Origin: Macrostomum lignano
Lineage: Eukaryota
Assembly: GCA_002269645.1 (NCBI GenBank)
Contig: NIVC01000218.1
Location: 142,407 to 206,406, forward strand
DNA: 64,000 nt
Direction of reading: 5' to 3'
The translations under genes were made by a program, and so were the position numbers. The notes under the pieces were generated by a model. It had not been told where the DNA came from and made no database searches. It saw nothing but the letters and a program-made list of their open reading frames with translations. The stretch's first letter is position 1; every line of letters starts with the position of its first letter. Shown piece by piece: positions 17,188 through 29,634 of this stretch.

Positions 17188-20037
17188 ATGAATGAAGCAA
17201 AGCTGTCATCGCCTTCGAATGAGGACGGATTACTTCTGCATCACCAGCAGCAGCATAATGCAGCTCTGGTGGTCTCCGACGACGATGCCAAGTTCGTACT
17301 GCAGGCCGCTGCCAGACCGGCTGACCAAACTGGCATCGCCATCGCGTCGTTGTCAACAATAGCGTCAAAATCCGACCCGGACGTCTCCGTCGCCGCTGCA
17401 TGCTGCGGCGACAGCCTGTTTGCCGCTTCACCACCGCCTGCAGATCATGCCGACAACGATGGCCTGTCTCAGCTGAACTCAGCTCAGCAAACTGGCCAGG
17501 ATTCCACTAACGGATCGTCGTACTGCTGCGTACCTGGCACATCCTTCATCTTTGAGTCCCATACAGCTACAGCCGCTGCTGATGATGAAGCTACTTCAAT
17601 TACTACGATCCCAGACTCCGGCTCAGCGTTGGACTTCAAGCCGGAGCCCCCGGTGCTCCATGCGGCTCCCCCTGCCTACGGCTTGGACATGTGGGCAGCC
17701 GCTGCAGCCGTCTCGTCCGGTTGCCAGTACTTCCCGCTGCACCAGCCCAGGATTCTGCCTTCTCACAGCGTCTATCAGCATCCGCAGTTGCCTCCGCAGA
17801 TTCCCCAACAGCTTCATCGCCAGCATCTGCCGCTTCATCTGCAGGATACGGAGTCTGGCAAGATGCTGATTTTACCCGCTAGTCTAGCCGCTAATGTTGA
17901 GGGCAGTCACGCCAGCAATGCCTGCGGCTCTCTCATGCCCTCTGAGGCGCCGAAAAGATGCCGCACCAATCTGACCGAAGAGCAGAAAGTTGAGCTGGAG
18001 AAAGTTTTTGTCAAATCGAAATATCCCGATTATCCCGTTGTGGACGAGCTAAGCAGGCTTGTCGGATTGCCCTACAAGAAAGTGCTGGTAAGTTGGTGGG
18101 CGCGCGTGTATTATGAAATATGACAGTGCTTTGGTCTGGATCAAATCTATTTAAAACAGTTTTTAATGTATCCGTAGGAATTCGCATCCGCCCCTCCATC
18201 AGGAAGAATCCGCCCCCTCCCCAGGAAGAATCCGCCCCTATTACCTACCCCTCTTCTAAGAATCCGTCCCTCCCTCATGAAGAATCCGTCCTTCCTCCAG
18301 GAAGAATCCGCCCCTTCCTACCCTATGAATCCGCCACTCTTCAGGAAGAATCCGCCCCTCCCCCAGGAAGAATCCGCCCCTCCCCCATTAAGAATCCGCC
18401 ACTCCTCAGGAGGAATCCGCCCCTCCCCCATTAAGAATCCGCCACTCCTCAGGAAGAATCCGCCCCTCCCCCAGGAAGAATCCGCCCCTCCCCCATTAAG
18501 AATCCGCCACTCCTCAGGAAGAATCCGCCCCTCCCCCAGGAAGAATCCGCCCCTCCCCCATTAAGAATCCGCCACTCCTCAGGAGGAATCCGCCCCTCCC
18601 CCAGGAAGAATGCGCTACTCTTCAGGAAGAATCCGCCCCTCCCCCAGGAAGAATCCGCCCCTCCCCCAGGAAGAATCCGCCACTCCTCAGGAAGAATTCG
18701 CCCCTCCCCCAGGAAGAATCCGCCACTCCTCAGGAGGAATCCGCCCCTCCCCCAGGAAGAATCCGCCACTCCTCAGGAAGAATTCGCCCCTCCCCAGGAA
18801 GAATCCGCCCCTACCTACCCTAAGAGTCCACCCCTCTTCTAAGAATCTGTCCCTCCCTCATGAAGAATCCGTCCTTCCTCCAGGAAGAATCCGCCCCTCC
18901 TCCAGGAAGAATCCGCCACTCCTCAGGAAGAATCCGCCCCTCCCCCAGGAAGAATCCGCCCCTCCCCCAGGAAGAATCCGCCACTCCTCAGGAAGAATTC
19001 GCCCCTCCCCCAGGAAGAATCCGCCACTCCTCAGGAAGAATCCGCCCCTCCCCGAGGAAGAATCCGTACTAGTATCCGTACTAAATAAGCTGCAGCAGCA
19101 CTGTGTCCCGAACAGCTTCGCACACCCAACCAACACAAAGGTGTGGTTTAAAAACCGGCGAGCCAAGGAGAAGCGCACGCACAAGGCCGACGTGGACCTG
19201 TGCACCATTGACCAGCTGCACCAGCATCAGCAGCAGCTGCTGCAGCATCGCAAGACTTTGCCCAGTACATGTAACAACAGCGACAACGAGAATGGCTCGT
19301 CATCTGTAGCGGAAGGCGAAGCTTCTTCATCTTACACAGCCGCTGCGGGCGTCTCGATTTCCGCTTTCAACGCAGCCGTAGCCGCGGCCGCCGCTGCCGC
19401 AGTCACTCAGACTCAGCAGCAGCAGCAGCAGCATCCGCTCTCGCAGTTCCCCTATGCTCAGTACTCTGCCCCTATGCGCAAGTGCACTGCTGCTCCCCAA
19501 CACCAGGTAGCGGCGTCTCCGGCGTTGCAGCAGCTGCCTCCGCCGCCGCCACCGCCACCACCGATGCAGGGACCGCCAGCGGCCACTTACTGGATCGAGC
19601 CGGCCGCCACCGTCCCAGGCCTGATGAAGTACGAACCCGTGGGCGTGCCATCTGCTCCGCTCTATCATCACTATAACTATCACCCAGCTTTCCCTGCTGT
19701 TCATCACCACCAGCAGCAGCATCAGCCGCAGTTTCAGCCACCTCCGCCACCTCCGCCGCCTCCGCTGACTCATCATTTCGTATTCGTATCGGCTGAGAAC
19801 ATGGCTACGCAGACTTCGCCAACGATGCTATTAGATTTCACCGATAACAACGATGAAAATAACAATAATCTTCATAATGCTAACGATGATAGTCATAATA
19901 ATGCAATTATTAGTCCCGGAAACGACGTCTGCTACAATTTGACCGCCTGTCAAACCGACAGCATCGGCGGAGTTGGCGTTGTCGACGACGACGGAGGGGT
20001 CTTCGGATTAGAAGACGCGGGCGAATCGTTAAACTGA
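17188..20037 (+). CDS. Paired-class K50 homeodomain transcription factor (goosecoid-like), 2 exons, 598 aa
   Basis: Exon 17188-18087 (KKVL|gtaagt) joins exon 19141-20037 (aag|VWFKNRRAKEKR) in phase 0, at the usual PRD-class helix-3 intron position. Homeodomain PKRCRTNLTEEQKVELEKVFVKSKYPDYPVVDELSRLVGLPYKKVLVWFKNRRAKEKRTH. Flanks are rich in polyQ/A/P/H. Confidence 0.9.
18180..19065. repeat. 22-bp minisatellite in the homeobox intron (CCCCAGGAAGAATCCGCCCCTC)
   Basis: Tandem array. Confidence 0.95.
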
Positions 20038-20164
20038 TTTGCTATGACTGCTAGTTCACCTGACTCACTAGACGGTAAACAAACAGTGCATCTTAATTTT
20101 GAATTTCAATTCAAGCTGCAAATTCATCGCTCTCCGACCCAAAGCCCAGCAAACCAAAATCTCC

Positions 20165-21670
20165 ATCACTGATCTTCATCACTGATCTTCATCACTGATC
20201 CTCATCATTGATCTCCATCCTGGATCCCCATCCCTGAACTCTACCCCTAATCCTCATCCCCGATCCCCATCACTGATCCCCATCCCCAATCCCCATCACT
20301 GATCCCCATCCCCGATCCCCATCACTGATCCTCATCCCCGATCCCCATCACTGATCCCCATCACTGATCCCCATCACTGATCCCATCACTGATCCCCATC
20401 CCCGATCCCCATCCCTGAACTCTACCCCTAATCCTCATCCCCGATCCCCATCACTGATCCCCATCCCCAATCCCCATCACTGATCCCCATCCCCGATCCC
20501 CATCACTGATCCTCATCCCCGATCCCCATCACTGATCCCCATCACTGATCCCCATCACTGATCCCATCACTGATCCCCATCCCCAATCCCCATCACTGAT
20601 CACCATCCCCGATCCCCATCACTGATCCCCATCACTGATCTCCATCACTGATCCCCATCACTGATCCCCATCACTGATCCCCATCACTGATCCCCATCCC
20701 CGATCCCCATCACTGATCCCCATCACTGATCCCCATCACTGATCCCCATCCCCGATCCCCAATCCCCATCACTGATCCCCAACCCCAATCCCCATCACTG
20801 ATCCCCATCCCCGATCCCCATCATTGATCCCCATCCCGGATCCCCATCACTGATCCCCATCCCCGATCCCCATCACTGATCCCCATCCCCGATCCCCATC
20901 ACTGATTCTCATCACTGATCCCCATCACTGATCCCCATCCCTGACCTCCATGCCTGATCCCCATCACTAATCCCCATCCCTGACCTCCATGCCTGATCCC
21001 CATCACTGATCCCCATCACTGATCCCCATCCCTGATCCCCATCACTGATCCCCATCCCCGATCCTTATCACTGATTCTCATCACTGATCCCCATCACTGA
21101 TCCCAATCCCCGATCCCCAACACTGATCCCCATCCCCGATCCCCATCACTGATTCTCATCACTGATCCCTATCACTGATCCCCATCCCTGACCTCCATGC
21201 CTGATCCCCATCACTAATCCCCATCCCTGACCTCCATGCCTGATTCCCATCACTGATCCCCATCACTGATCCCCATCCCTGATCCCCATCACTGATCCCC
21301 ATCCCCGATCCTCATCACTGATTCTCATCACTGATCCCCATCACTGATCCCAATCCCCGATCCCCATCACTGATCCCCATCACTGATCCCCATCCCTGAT
21401 CCCCATCACTGATCCCCATCACTGATCCCCATCCCCAATCCTCATCACTGATCCCCATCACTGATCCCAATCCCCGATCCCCATCACTGATCCCCATCAC
21501 TGATCCCCATCCCCAATCCTCATCACTGATTCTCATCACTGATCCCCATCACTGATCCCAATCCCCGATCCCCATCACTGATCCCCATCACTGATCTCCA
21601 TCCCTGACCTCCATGCCTGAACCCCATCCCTGATCCCTATCCCTGATCCCCATCCCCAATCCCCATGCCT
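20165..21670. repeat. About 13-bp minisatellite (GATCCCCATCACT)
   Basis: Tandem array 3' of the homeobox CDS. Confidence 0.95.
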
Positions 21671-22606
21671 GATCGTAACTTCCGATCTCGAATCCCGACT
21701 CTTGACCATCCCAGATCCACCCAGAATTCCAATGCCCATCCAACCCAATTTTGCATGCCACTGTTTGTCTCATGTTTTGCGTTTGTCATCTTGAATTTTT
21801 TTCCATTTCTTAGAAAAGAGACATTCGCAGCAGCTCATTTTATTTTTTTCATGAATAATTCTGTTCCTATATAGTAACTTCTAGCTTGTATGCCTTTGTT
21901 TTGCGGTCTTCTTTCCAATAAATGGCGTTAAAAATTTGCTTCAATCTGCACAGTTTTGGCATCCTTTCCTTTGTTTTCTACTTGAAGCTCACGCACCTAT
22001 TGGTAATGAGGTGAATCCTACCAGCGCCAGTTGTTTTCGTTAAATACTTTACCGAGTAATGAATGAGCATCTTTTCAAAGCTTTTTCTTAGTTTGTTCAA
22101 TTTCCTGCTCGGTTTGTTTGTACTCAAAACAGATTTGGACTGCATTACGGTAAAAGAAACGAAACTTCAGCTTTTGCTGCTCAGTTGAAAGAGTTCTGTG
22201 ATTAAATTGAAATTTCACCGCCTTCATCATTTAAAAATGTAAATAATTTAATAAATAGCACGAGTTACTTATTAGCATTGACACAGGCGTTCTGACTGTC
22301 TGACACACTGATTGTAGCCACGTATATTTTAGGGTATCTGTGATATTGCTGGCATAAGGAGAATATTTAAGCGGAATATTAATACGATTATCTACTTAGT
22401 CTTAATTACTTTGATCTACTTTAGTCAGATAGATTATTTAGCGTCGACAGCTTAGATAAGAAGAAGAAAATAATTTGGTTATACACTGAGATATTCTGCG
22501 TTAGACCGCTACTGCATCTAGGCGGTTTAGGAAAGTCTGAAATAAAAAGTATTTCGATTTAAACGACCGAATTTTTCGCTCTTACATAGAGCTTGTTGTA
22601 CCTTAC

Positions 22607-23773
22607 CTAAGTACAGTAGTAGAATCCATTGACTATCTTCATAGTCAGATTGCAAACTTTCTTTTCTAGACGAGCCAGCGACTCTGGGTGCTGTATGACA
22701 CAGTTGGCCGATGTGAAACAGTTCGTGCTGGAGTGTGTTGCGGGACTGTGGCTGTTAGATAGGGTCTGTAGCTGTTAAATAGAGACTTTACCTGTTAGAT
22801 AGAGACTAGCTATTAGATAGAGACTTTAGCTGTTAGATAAGGACTAGCAATATGGTGCGGCCCCCCTTCGGGGCGCCCAAAAAGCAAGGAGCAAAAATAT
22901 TTCATAGAAAAAAATTAAAAAAGCACATTAGATATGTAGCTGTTAGATAAGGACTGTATAGCTGTTAGATCAAGATTGTAGCTGTTAGATAGGGACTGTA
23001 CTGTAGCTGCTAGATAAGGACTGTAGCTGTTAGATAAAGACTGTAGCTGTTAGATAGGGACTGACTGAAGCTGTTGGATAGGAACTGCAACTGTTAGACA
23101 AGAAATGTAGCTGTTAGATAAGGACTGTATGTTAGATAAGGACTGTAGCTGTTAGATAAAGACTGTAGCTGTTAGATAAGGACTGTAGCTGTTAGATATA
23201 GAGACTGTAGCTGTTAGATAAGAACTGTAGCTGTTAAACAGGGACTGCAGATGTTAGATAGGGACTGTAACTGTTGGACAGGGGTCTGTTAGAGATGGTC
23301 TGTGAAACATCATCTGTGCTACATCATCATTTAACAGGTTGCATATGTTAGACGGGTTCTAAGAGACAGGACAAATGACACAAAGTACTCTATCTGAACA
23401 CTCACGTATCCTTAATGGCGTCAACGAGCTCCTCCTGAGTCACCGAGCAGGCGGCCTCGGTGTCGGCATTGGTGATCAAGTCGGAGCAGTCGCCGTTTTT
23501 GCAGCAGACGGAATCGTTATGAAGGTCGGTCAGCTTCAGCGGGTGAGTCGTGGTCTTGAGCAGTGAGAACTGGTCGCAGATTGCGCGAAAGAAATCTCCC
23601 GGACAGATTTGGAACGGACAGGGCCCGGTCTTAGCCGTGCACGCGTCCTGATCCACATCCTCCAGCAAGCCAAATTTGTCGGCCTTCTTCGACATGGACG
23701 GCGCGATGCAGCGGGTGAGACAGTAGCCGAGCACCAGCAGAGCCAAGTTGAAATTGTGCCTGTTGAGTATCAT
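22607..23773 (-). CDS. Secreted cysteine-rich protein of unknown family (123 aa if single exon, 162 aa with putative exon 2)
   Basis: ATG at 23773 with a hydrophobic leader (FNLALLVLGYCLTRCIA) and 8 further Cys. The apparent stop overlaps a perfect donor (GAT AC|GTGAGT at 23406). A phase-compatible exon 22727-22607 adds TNCFTSANCVIQHPESLARLEKKVCNLTMKIVNGFYYCT* and is followed by GTAAGG. Confidence 0.7.
22740..23290. repeat. 20-bp minisatellite (GTTAGATAAGGACTGTAGCT)
   Basis: Tandem array, interrupted at about 22843-22930 by a foreign segment. Confidence 0.9.
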
Positions 23774-24134
23774 CTCGGATGATTGATTGATTGTTTAAAC
23801 AAAATTATGATTTTTTATCAGCCTTAGGCTTAGAATTGGCTATGATTGAATTCGATTAACCAAAGATGTAGCAATTTCTTGAGACTACAAATGTACAGAA
23901 AAGAAATGTCTATGGCTGCAAGTGGGCAGCTATGGTGAGTAATTAATCAGTCCTGAGACTCCTAAACTTAGAATTCTGCTTGCGAGTCTGCAGATATTTC
24001 TGTTGCTATGTGAAGGAGGGCGGTGTTGTTTATTACAAGAAGCAGACACAGTGTGTACTTTTATTGCAAAAGGTCACATTGTTTCAAAAATAACAAATCC
24101 GAATGGTGTCTTAAGTAGTCAATGCGTTAGTAGC

Positions 24135-24860
24135 CTGTTAGACAGAGTCACCTGTTAGACAGAGTCACCTGTTAGACAGAGTCACCTGTTAGACAGAGTC
24201 ACCTGTTAGACAGAGTCACCTGTTAGACAGAGTCACCTGTTAGACAGAGTCACCTGTTAGACAGAGTCACCTGTTAGACAGAGTCACCTGTTAGACAGAG
24301 TCACCTGTTAGACAGAGTCACCTGTTAGACAGAGTCACCTGTTAGACAGAGTCACCTGTTAGACAGAGTCACCTGTTAGACAGAGTCACCTGTTAGACAG
24401 AGTCACCTGTTAGACAGAGTCACCTGTTAGACAGAGTCACCTGTTAGACAGAGTCACCTGTTAGACAGAGTCACCTGTTAGACAGAGTCACCTGTTAGAC
24501 AGAGTCACCTGTTAGACAGAGTCACCTGTTAGACAGAGTCACCTGTTAGACAGAGTCACCTGTTAGACAGAGTCACCTGTTAGACAGAGTCACCTGTTAG
24601 ACAGAGTCACCTGTTAGACAGAGTCACCTTTCAGACAGAGTCACCTGTTAGACAGAGTCACCTGCTAGACAGAGTCACCTGTTAGACAGAGTCACCTGTT
24701 AGACAGAGTCACCTGTTAGACAGAGTCACCTGTTAGACAGAGTCACCTGCTAGACAGTCACCTGTTAGACAGAGTCACCTGTTAGACAGAGTCACCTTTC
24801 AAACAGATTCACCTTTCAGACAGAGTCACCTGTTAGACAGAGTTTATAGTCACCTGTTAA
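24135..24860. repeat. Highly homogeneous 17-bp minisatellite (CCTGTTAGACAGAGTCA)
   Basis: Near-perfect tandem array. Confidence 0.97.
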
Positions 24861-25296
24861 ATAGAGGTAATCAGCTGTTTAGTGGAATTTGTCACGGGTA
24901 TGACAATTCATAATGCAATTATACATTTAAAACAGCTGATTGAGCGCAATCACGAAAGAATTACCAATACGTTGATTGATGCCTGCTCCAAACTCGCATT
25001 GGGAGTTTCATGACTGGTTGATTGATGCGCACACTGCTAAAAACTCATATCAAGAGCCACTGAGATATAAAAAACCGATTTAACACGTATGCAGCTCATG
25101 CAAACAATTCGCATTGTAATTTGCCAGCTCAACTTTTATTAATCAGCTGATAATGATTTCTCAGATACAATTATGGAACTGATAAAATCTCATGAAACAG
25201 CGCCAATCAGAGTCAAGCAGTGGACGGTCATTCAGTCGGACATCCGTGACCACTACCAGCAGGCGCAGATCGCAGCGGTCATCCTTGCCATCGCAG

Positions 25297-25723
25297 CTAG
25301 CCACGAAGCTTCAGCTGGCCCCTCACGCAGCGGTACATCCACGGATTGTAGCAGGCGACGCCGCACTTCCAGTGGTACCTGGGGCACAGGAAGTAGCCGT
25401 CAATGCAGCGGTGCGTTCTCGGGCTGTAGCAGGTGCCGGCGCAGGAGCGGTCGCCGCCGCTGCAGGCGAGGCCGGAGTCGAGCTGCGAGAGGAGGTCGGG
25501 GCGGAGAGACTTGCTCAGGGACTGAGAGCTCGAGAGATCAGGTAATCTGACCGCATAATCAGGACTTGAGCCGGGTAAGTTGGATTAAGGACCGAGACAG
25601 AATCAACACTTTACGGCATTCTGAGAGCAAATGTACGAGTATTCCCTTTTGTTGAAAATATCCGAGTTGCTCGCTTACCTGCATCGCCAGGAGAGCCAGC
25701 AGACAGAAGCAGAGCACCTTCAT
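25297..25723 (-). CDS. Secreted CBM52-like 8-Cys peptide, copy 1 (76 aa precursor)
   Basis: Exons 25723-25679 and 25482-25297, 196-nt GT-AG intron: MKVLCFCLLALLAMQ|LDSGLACSGGDRSCAGTCYSPRTHRCIDGYFLCPRYHWKCGVACYNPWMYRCVRGQLKLRG*. TATAAA at 25836-25831; AATAAA near 25140-25135. Confidence 0.9.
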
Positions 25724-26189
25724 GTTGAGCAGACGATTGGATGTGGCTGAGTTGCAAGCAGAGAGAGCGAAACTTGTAGCAGGAGAGTCGAGAGTTGAGC
25801 ATGATTTCACTGCGAGTTGAGCAGCTCGCATTTATAGGGTCTGCCACTCACCTGCCCACTGCCTCCCACCTGCCAGCTGCTGCCTCCCACCTGCCCGCAT
25901 GCGTCAGTGAGAACAAATTTGCACCTGCATTTTTTCAGACATTTGCTGAGCACCGCTGTTTGCCAGTAGGTTTCATACTGTTGGCTTGTTGATTGCGCAA
26001 TCGGTATACAGTACTCAGTGACAATTAGAGTTCTGGACTTTACTACTCGTAATTGCCTTCCTTCTACAAAATATTTTCCAGTTAGTTATAAAGTCCACGT
26101 ACACTAGCTGTAAACAACCTGTAGTTTACAGGTCTCTGATGCTCTCTCGAACTGAGATTGCTGGAGGTGCAGCTGGTTTAAACTGCTGT

Positions 26190-26460
26190 TTACCGGGTGT
26201 TTACCAGGTGTTTACCTGTTTTTTACCTGGTGTTTACCTGGTGTTTACCTGGTGTTTACTTGGTGTTTACCTGGTGTTTACCTGTTGTTTACCTGGTGTT
26301 TACCTGGTGTTTACCTGGTGTTTAACTGAAGTTTAACTCGTGTTTAACTCCTGCTTAACTAATTGTTTAACTTCTTTTTACCTGGTCTTTAACTGGTGTT
26401 TACCTGGTGTTAAACTCGTGTCTAACTGGTGTTGAACTGATGCTTAACTGGTGTTTAACT
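26190..26460. repeat. 11-bp minisatellite (TTTACCTGGTG)
   Basis: Tandem array in the spacer of the inverted duplication. Confidence 0.9.
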
Positions 26461-26496
26461 GCTGTTTCAACGGCTGTTTTGACTACAATTAACTAA

Positions 26497-28113
26497 ACAA
26501 CAACAACAACAACAGCAGCAAAGTACGCTGTCAGGTGGAAAAAAGCAGCGTTACAGGGCACGCTTCAGAACCTGGGCGCGAACAAAGGCCGCACCGCCGG
26601 CAGAGTCCGGGGCGCCAGCGTCGGCCAGCAGGCAGTCGACGAAACGCCGAGTTCGGGCCTGGCCGCGCCGGTAGGGTGCCTGCAGCGTTAGCAGCAGCAC
26701 CTCCTGCACCGGCTGCGGGCAGTAGGACTCGGCGCGGATGATGTGGCCTGCCAGCTGGAGTCGCCGAAGTCGCGGCAGTTCACTTGGACGGGCCAGGCCG
26801 GCACGGCGATAGAGTGCCGCGTTGGTGATCCGCTCGTCGCTGATCTTAAAGGCGGCGCGCAGCAGGCCAGCGTGCGCCGCGTTGATTTGCTGTTCGAGCG
26901 AATCCGTCAGCGTCCAGGTCTCGGCGTTGTACAACAGGACGGTCTCGACCACCGCCTGGAACAGCGCCGCCCTCTGGCGATCAGGTGGGGCCTCGGACTG
27001 CAGGACTACCCTCACAGAGCGAAAGGCAGCCCAAGCGAGCCCGCGGCGACGCCGCAGATCTTCGCGGACGTCAGGTACCAGACCGCCGAGGTAGACGAAC
27101 TGCTGACAGCGCGGAAGCTCCGTTACCTGCCCGCCAGCGCCTCGGCAGAAAATTGCGGCCTCGATGTCGCCCGGCACGCAGAGCACAACGGTCTTCTTCG
27201 TGTTGACCACCAGGCTGACGCTCGCTGCAGCGCTAACCAGCTTGTCCAGCTGGCGCTGGGCGCCCTCTATGTTCGAGGACAGCAGGGCGAGGTCATCGGC
27301 GTAGCCAAGCACGCTGAGCCGTTTCTCCGGTTGACGTCGACCCACGCGTCGCCGCAGTAGGAAGCCGTCTTCGTCGGTAGGAAGAGCAGTTTGTAGCACC
27401 CAGTCAAGCACCAGGACGAACAAGAACGGCGCTAGAGTGTCCCCCTGGAGCACCCCAGGGGATGTCTCTAAGGAGTCCTACAGGCCGTCCGGCGTCATCA
27501 CAGCTGCTCTCGTAGCACAGTACAACGCCATTATGGCGGAGATCAGCTGTTCTGGTACATGATACGCACGGAGCACATGTGGGAGCGCAGCCCTCGCAAC
27601 CGAGTCGAATGCCTTCATGAAGTCAATGAAGGCAACAATCAGGTCCAACTGGCGCGTGCGCGCCTTCTGGATGATTCGGCGAAGAGCTAGGATCTGCGCC
27701 AGTGTGCCACGGTGGGGCCGAAACCCGTTCTGCTCAGGTCGCAGGTAGGGATCCAGCACGGGTTGCAACCACGATAGCAGCATCCGATTGAACAACTTTG
27801 CTTTGCTCGTCTAGCCGTGTAGTGCCCGGCTTTTTTTGGAATGGCGATGATGTGCGCCATGGTCCACTCGGTGGGTGCCATTTCACCGGAAAGCACGCGG
27901 TTAATCACACGGGCGACCTCACAGTGGATGCGCAGCGCCTCGATGGGCACTTCGTCCGGACCCAGCGCCTTGCCGCCCGGCGTCTTCTGGGCGAGCATTA
28001 CGACTTCAGCCATGGTGACTGGCACCGTTAAAACTGTCCTCTGACGGCAACGGCGTCTCTGGCGGCAGCGTCAGGATGTTAGGCAGCAGGGGTGGCGGCG
28101 CGTTGATTATGGC
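26497..28113 (-). mobile_element. 5'-truncated, inactivated RTE-like LINE (reverse transcriptase fragment)
   Basis: RT motifs KALGPDEVPIEA, AIPKK, EQNGFRPHRGT, FIDFMKAFDSV, GVLQGDTLAPFLF, LGYADDLALL and FVYLG. In-frame TAG (PDGL*DSLETS) and a frameshift or deletion near 27800. (GTT)n tail at 26497-26520. Probable TSD AATTAACTAA at 26487-26496 and 28118-28127. Confidence 0.9.
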
Positions 28114-28399
28114 GACTAATTAACTAAGAGTTTGATAAAATATTGAGCTTATTCAACGCATTGATAGGCAACCTGCATGCACTTTTTTGGTGAGCGAAAC
28201 CACCTTCTCAGATTCATCCACTCGATATTGAAACGATGCTCAACTACTCGTAGCACGACTTGCTCGTAGCCAAAGACCCGTCACAGTGGCATACAGCACC
28301 GTTGCTGCTCAGGCAGAGCTCTCGTACAATTACGAGCGTAGCGGCAAACAAAAGTGCAGGTGCAAATTTGTTCTCGCTGACCGATCGCTGACGCATGCG

Positions 28400-28500
28400 G
28401 GCAGGTGGGAGGCAGCGGGCAGGTGGGAGGCAGCGGGCAGGTGGGAGGCAGCAGCTGGCAGGTGAAAGGCAGAGGGCAGGTGAGTGGCAGACCCTATAAA
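28400..28500 (+). promoter_or_regulatory. E-box array plus TATA box upstream of peptide copy 2
   Basis: Five GGCAGGTG units (CAGGTG at 28402, 28420, 28438, 28459, 28477), one CAGCTG at 28452, then TATAAA at 28495. Confidence 0.55.
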
Positions 28501-28609
28501 TGCGAGCTGCTCAACTCGCAGTGAAATCAAGCTCAACTCGATTCTCCTGCTACAAGTTTCGCTCTCTCTGCTTTTGCAACTTAGCCACATCCAATCATCT
28601 CTGCTCAAC

Positions 28610-29036
28610 ATGAAGGTGCTCTGCTTCTGTCTGCTGGCTCTCCTGGCGATGCAGGTAAGCGAGCAACTCGGATATTTTCAACAAAAGGGAATACTCGTAC
28701 ATTTGCTCTCAGAATGCCGTAAAGTGTTGATTCTGTCTCGGTCCTTAATCCAACTTACCCGGCTCAAGTCCTGATCATGCGGTCAGATTACCTGATCTCT
28801 CGAGCTCTCAGTCCCTGAGCAAGTCTCTCCGCCCCGACCTCCTCTCGCAGCTCGACTCCGGCCTCGCCTGCAGCGGCGGCGACCGCTCCTGCGCCGGCAC
28901 CTGCTACAGCCCGAGAACGCACCGCTGCATTGACGGCTACTTCCTGTGCCCCAGGTACCACTGGAAGTGCGGCGTGGCCTGCTACAATCCGTGGATGTAC
29001 CGCTGCGTGAGGGGCCAGCTGAAGCTTCGCGGCTAG
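28610..29036 (+). CDS. Secreted CBM52-like 8-Cys peptide, copy 2 (76 aa precursor)
   Basis: Exons 28610-28654 and 28851-29036, 196-nt intron (gtaagc...ctctcgcag). Protein identical to copy 1. TATAAA at 28495-28500, AATAAA at 29193-29198. Confidence 0.9.
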
Positions 29037-29634
29037 CTGTGATGGCAAGGATGACCACTGCGAGCTGCGCCTGCTGGTAGTGGTCACGGATGTCCGACTG
29101 AATGACCGTCCACTGCTTGACTCTGATTGGCGCTGTTTCATGAGATTTTATCAGTTCCATAATTGTATCTGAGAAATCAATATCAGCTGATTAATAAAAG
29201 TTGAGCTGGCAAATTACAATTCGAATTGTTTGCATGAGCTGCATACATGGTTAATCGGTTTTTTATATCTCAGTGGCACTCGATATGAGTTTTTAGCAAT
29301 GCGCGCATCAATGCTGGAATAGCTGTATAACATTGAGCCATTGGAAACTGCAGTTCACGCAGTGTCTGTTCAAGCAATAGCACTAGTTCCATTGCACATG
29401 AAACTGCCATGTTAAGCCATGTACTTGTACAAGTATATAACTGTTTACTTTCTAATCCAGCTTATTAGAAAAAATACTGTAGTTTATGAATAGTAATTTA
29501 TGGTAGTGGGCAAGCCTCAACTGCTGGACATCCTCAGCTAGGTGAAGGTGCCGACGGCGTCGGGGTGATTACGGAATGCTGGAGAGAATAGCTGAGAATG
29601 TCGAGAAATTCGCATCAGGGTTTCAAGAGTCACC

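Noticed and set aside
18610-19140. 475-aa ORF reading through the 22-bp repeat into homeobox exon 2
   Set aside because: The homeodomain is only complete if 18088-19140 is spliced out; the open frame comes from a stop-free repeat.
23402-23700. Insulin-like peptide interpretation (CC-x4-C motif)
   Set aside because: Cys spacing departs from insulin A (CC-x3-C-x8-C) and B (C-x11-C) chains, there are no dibasic sites flanking a C-peptide, and a probable second exon adds 4 more Cys.
24135-24860. CRISPR-like array (also 7480-8510)
   Set aside because: No unique spacers, no cas genes, and a eukaryotic context.
25173-25550. ORF-track proteins over the peptide genes (MELIKSHET..., MKQRQSES..., MADPINAS..., MRAAQ...), also at 28783-29160 and 31657-32312
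   Set aside because: They are antisense or wrong-frame shadows of the spliced Cys-rich peptide CDS, which has the TATA box, signal peptide, canonical intron and polyA signal.
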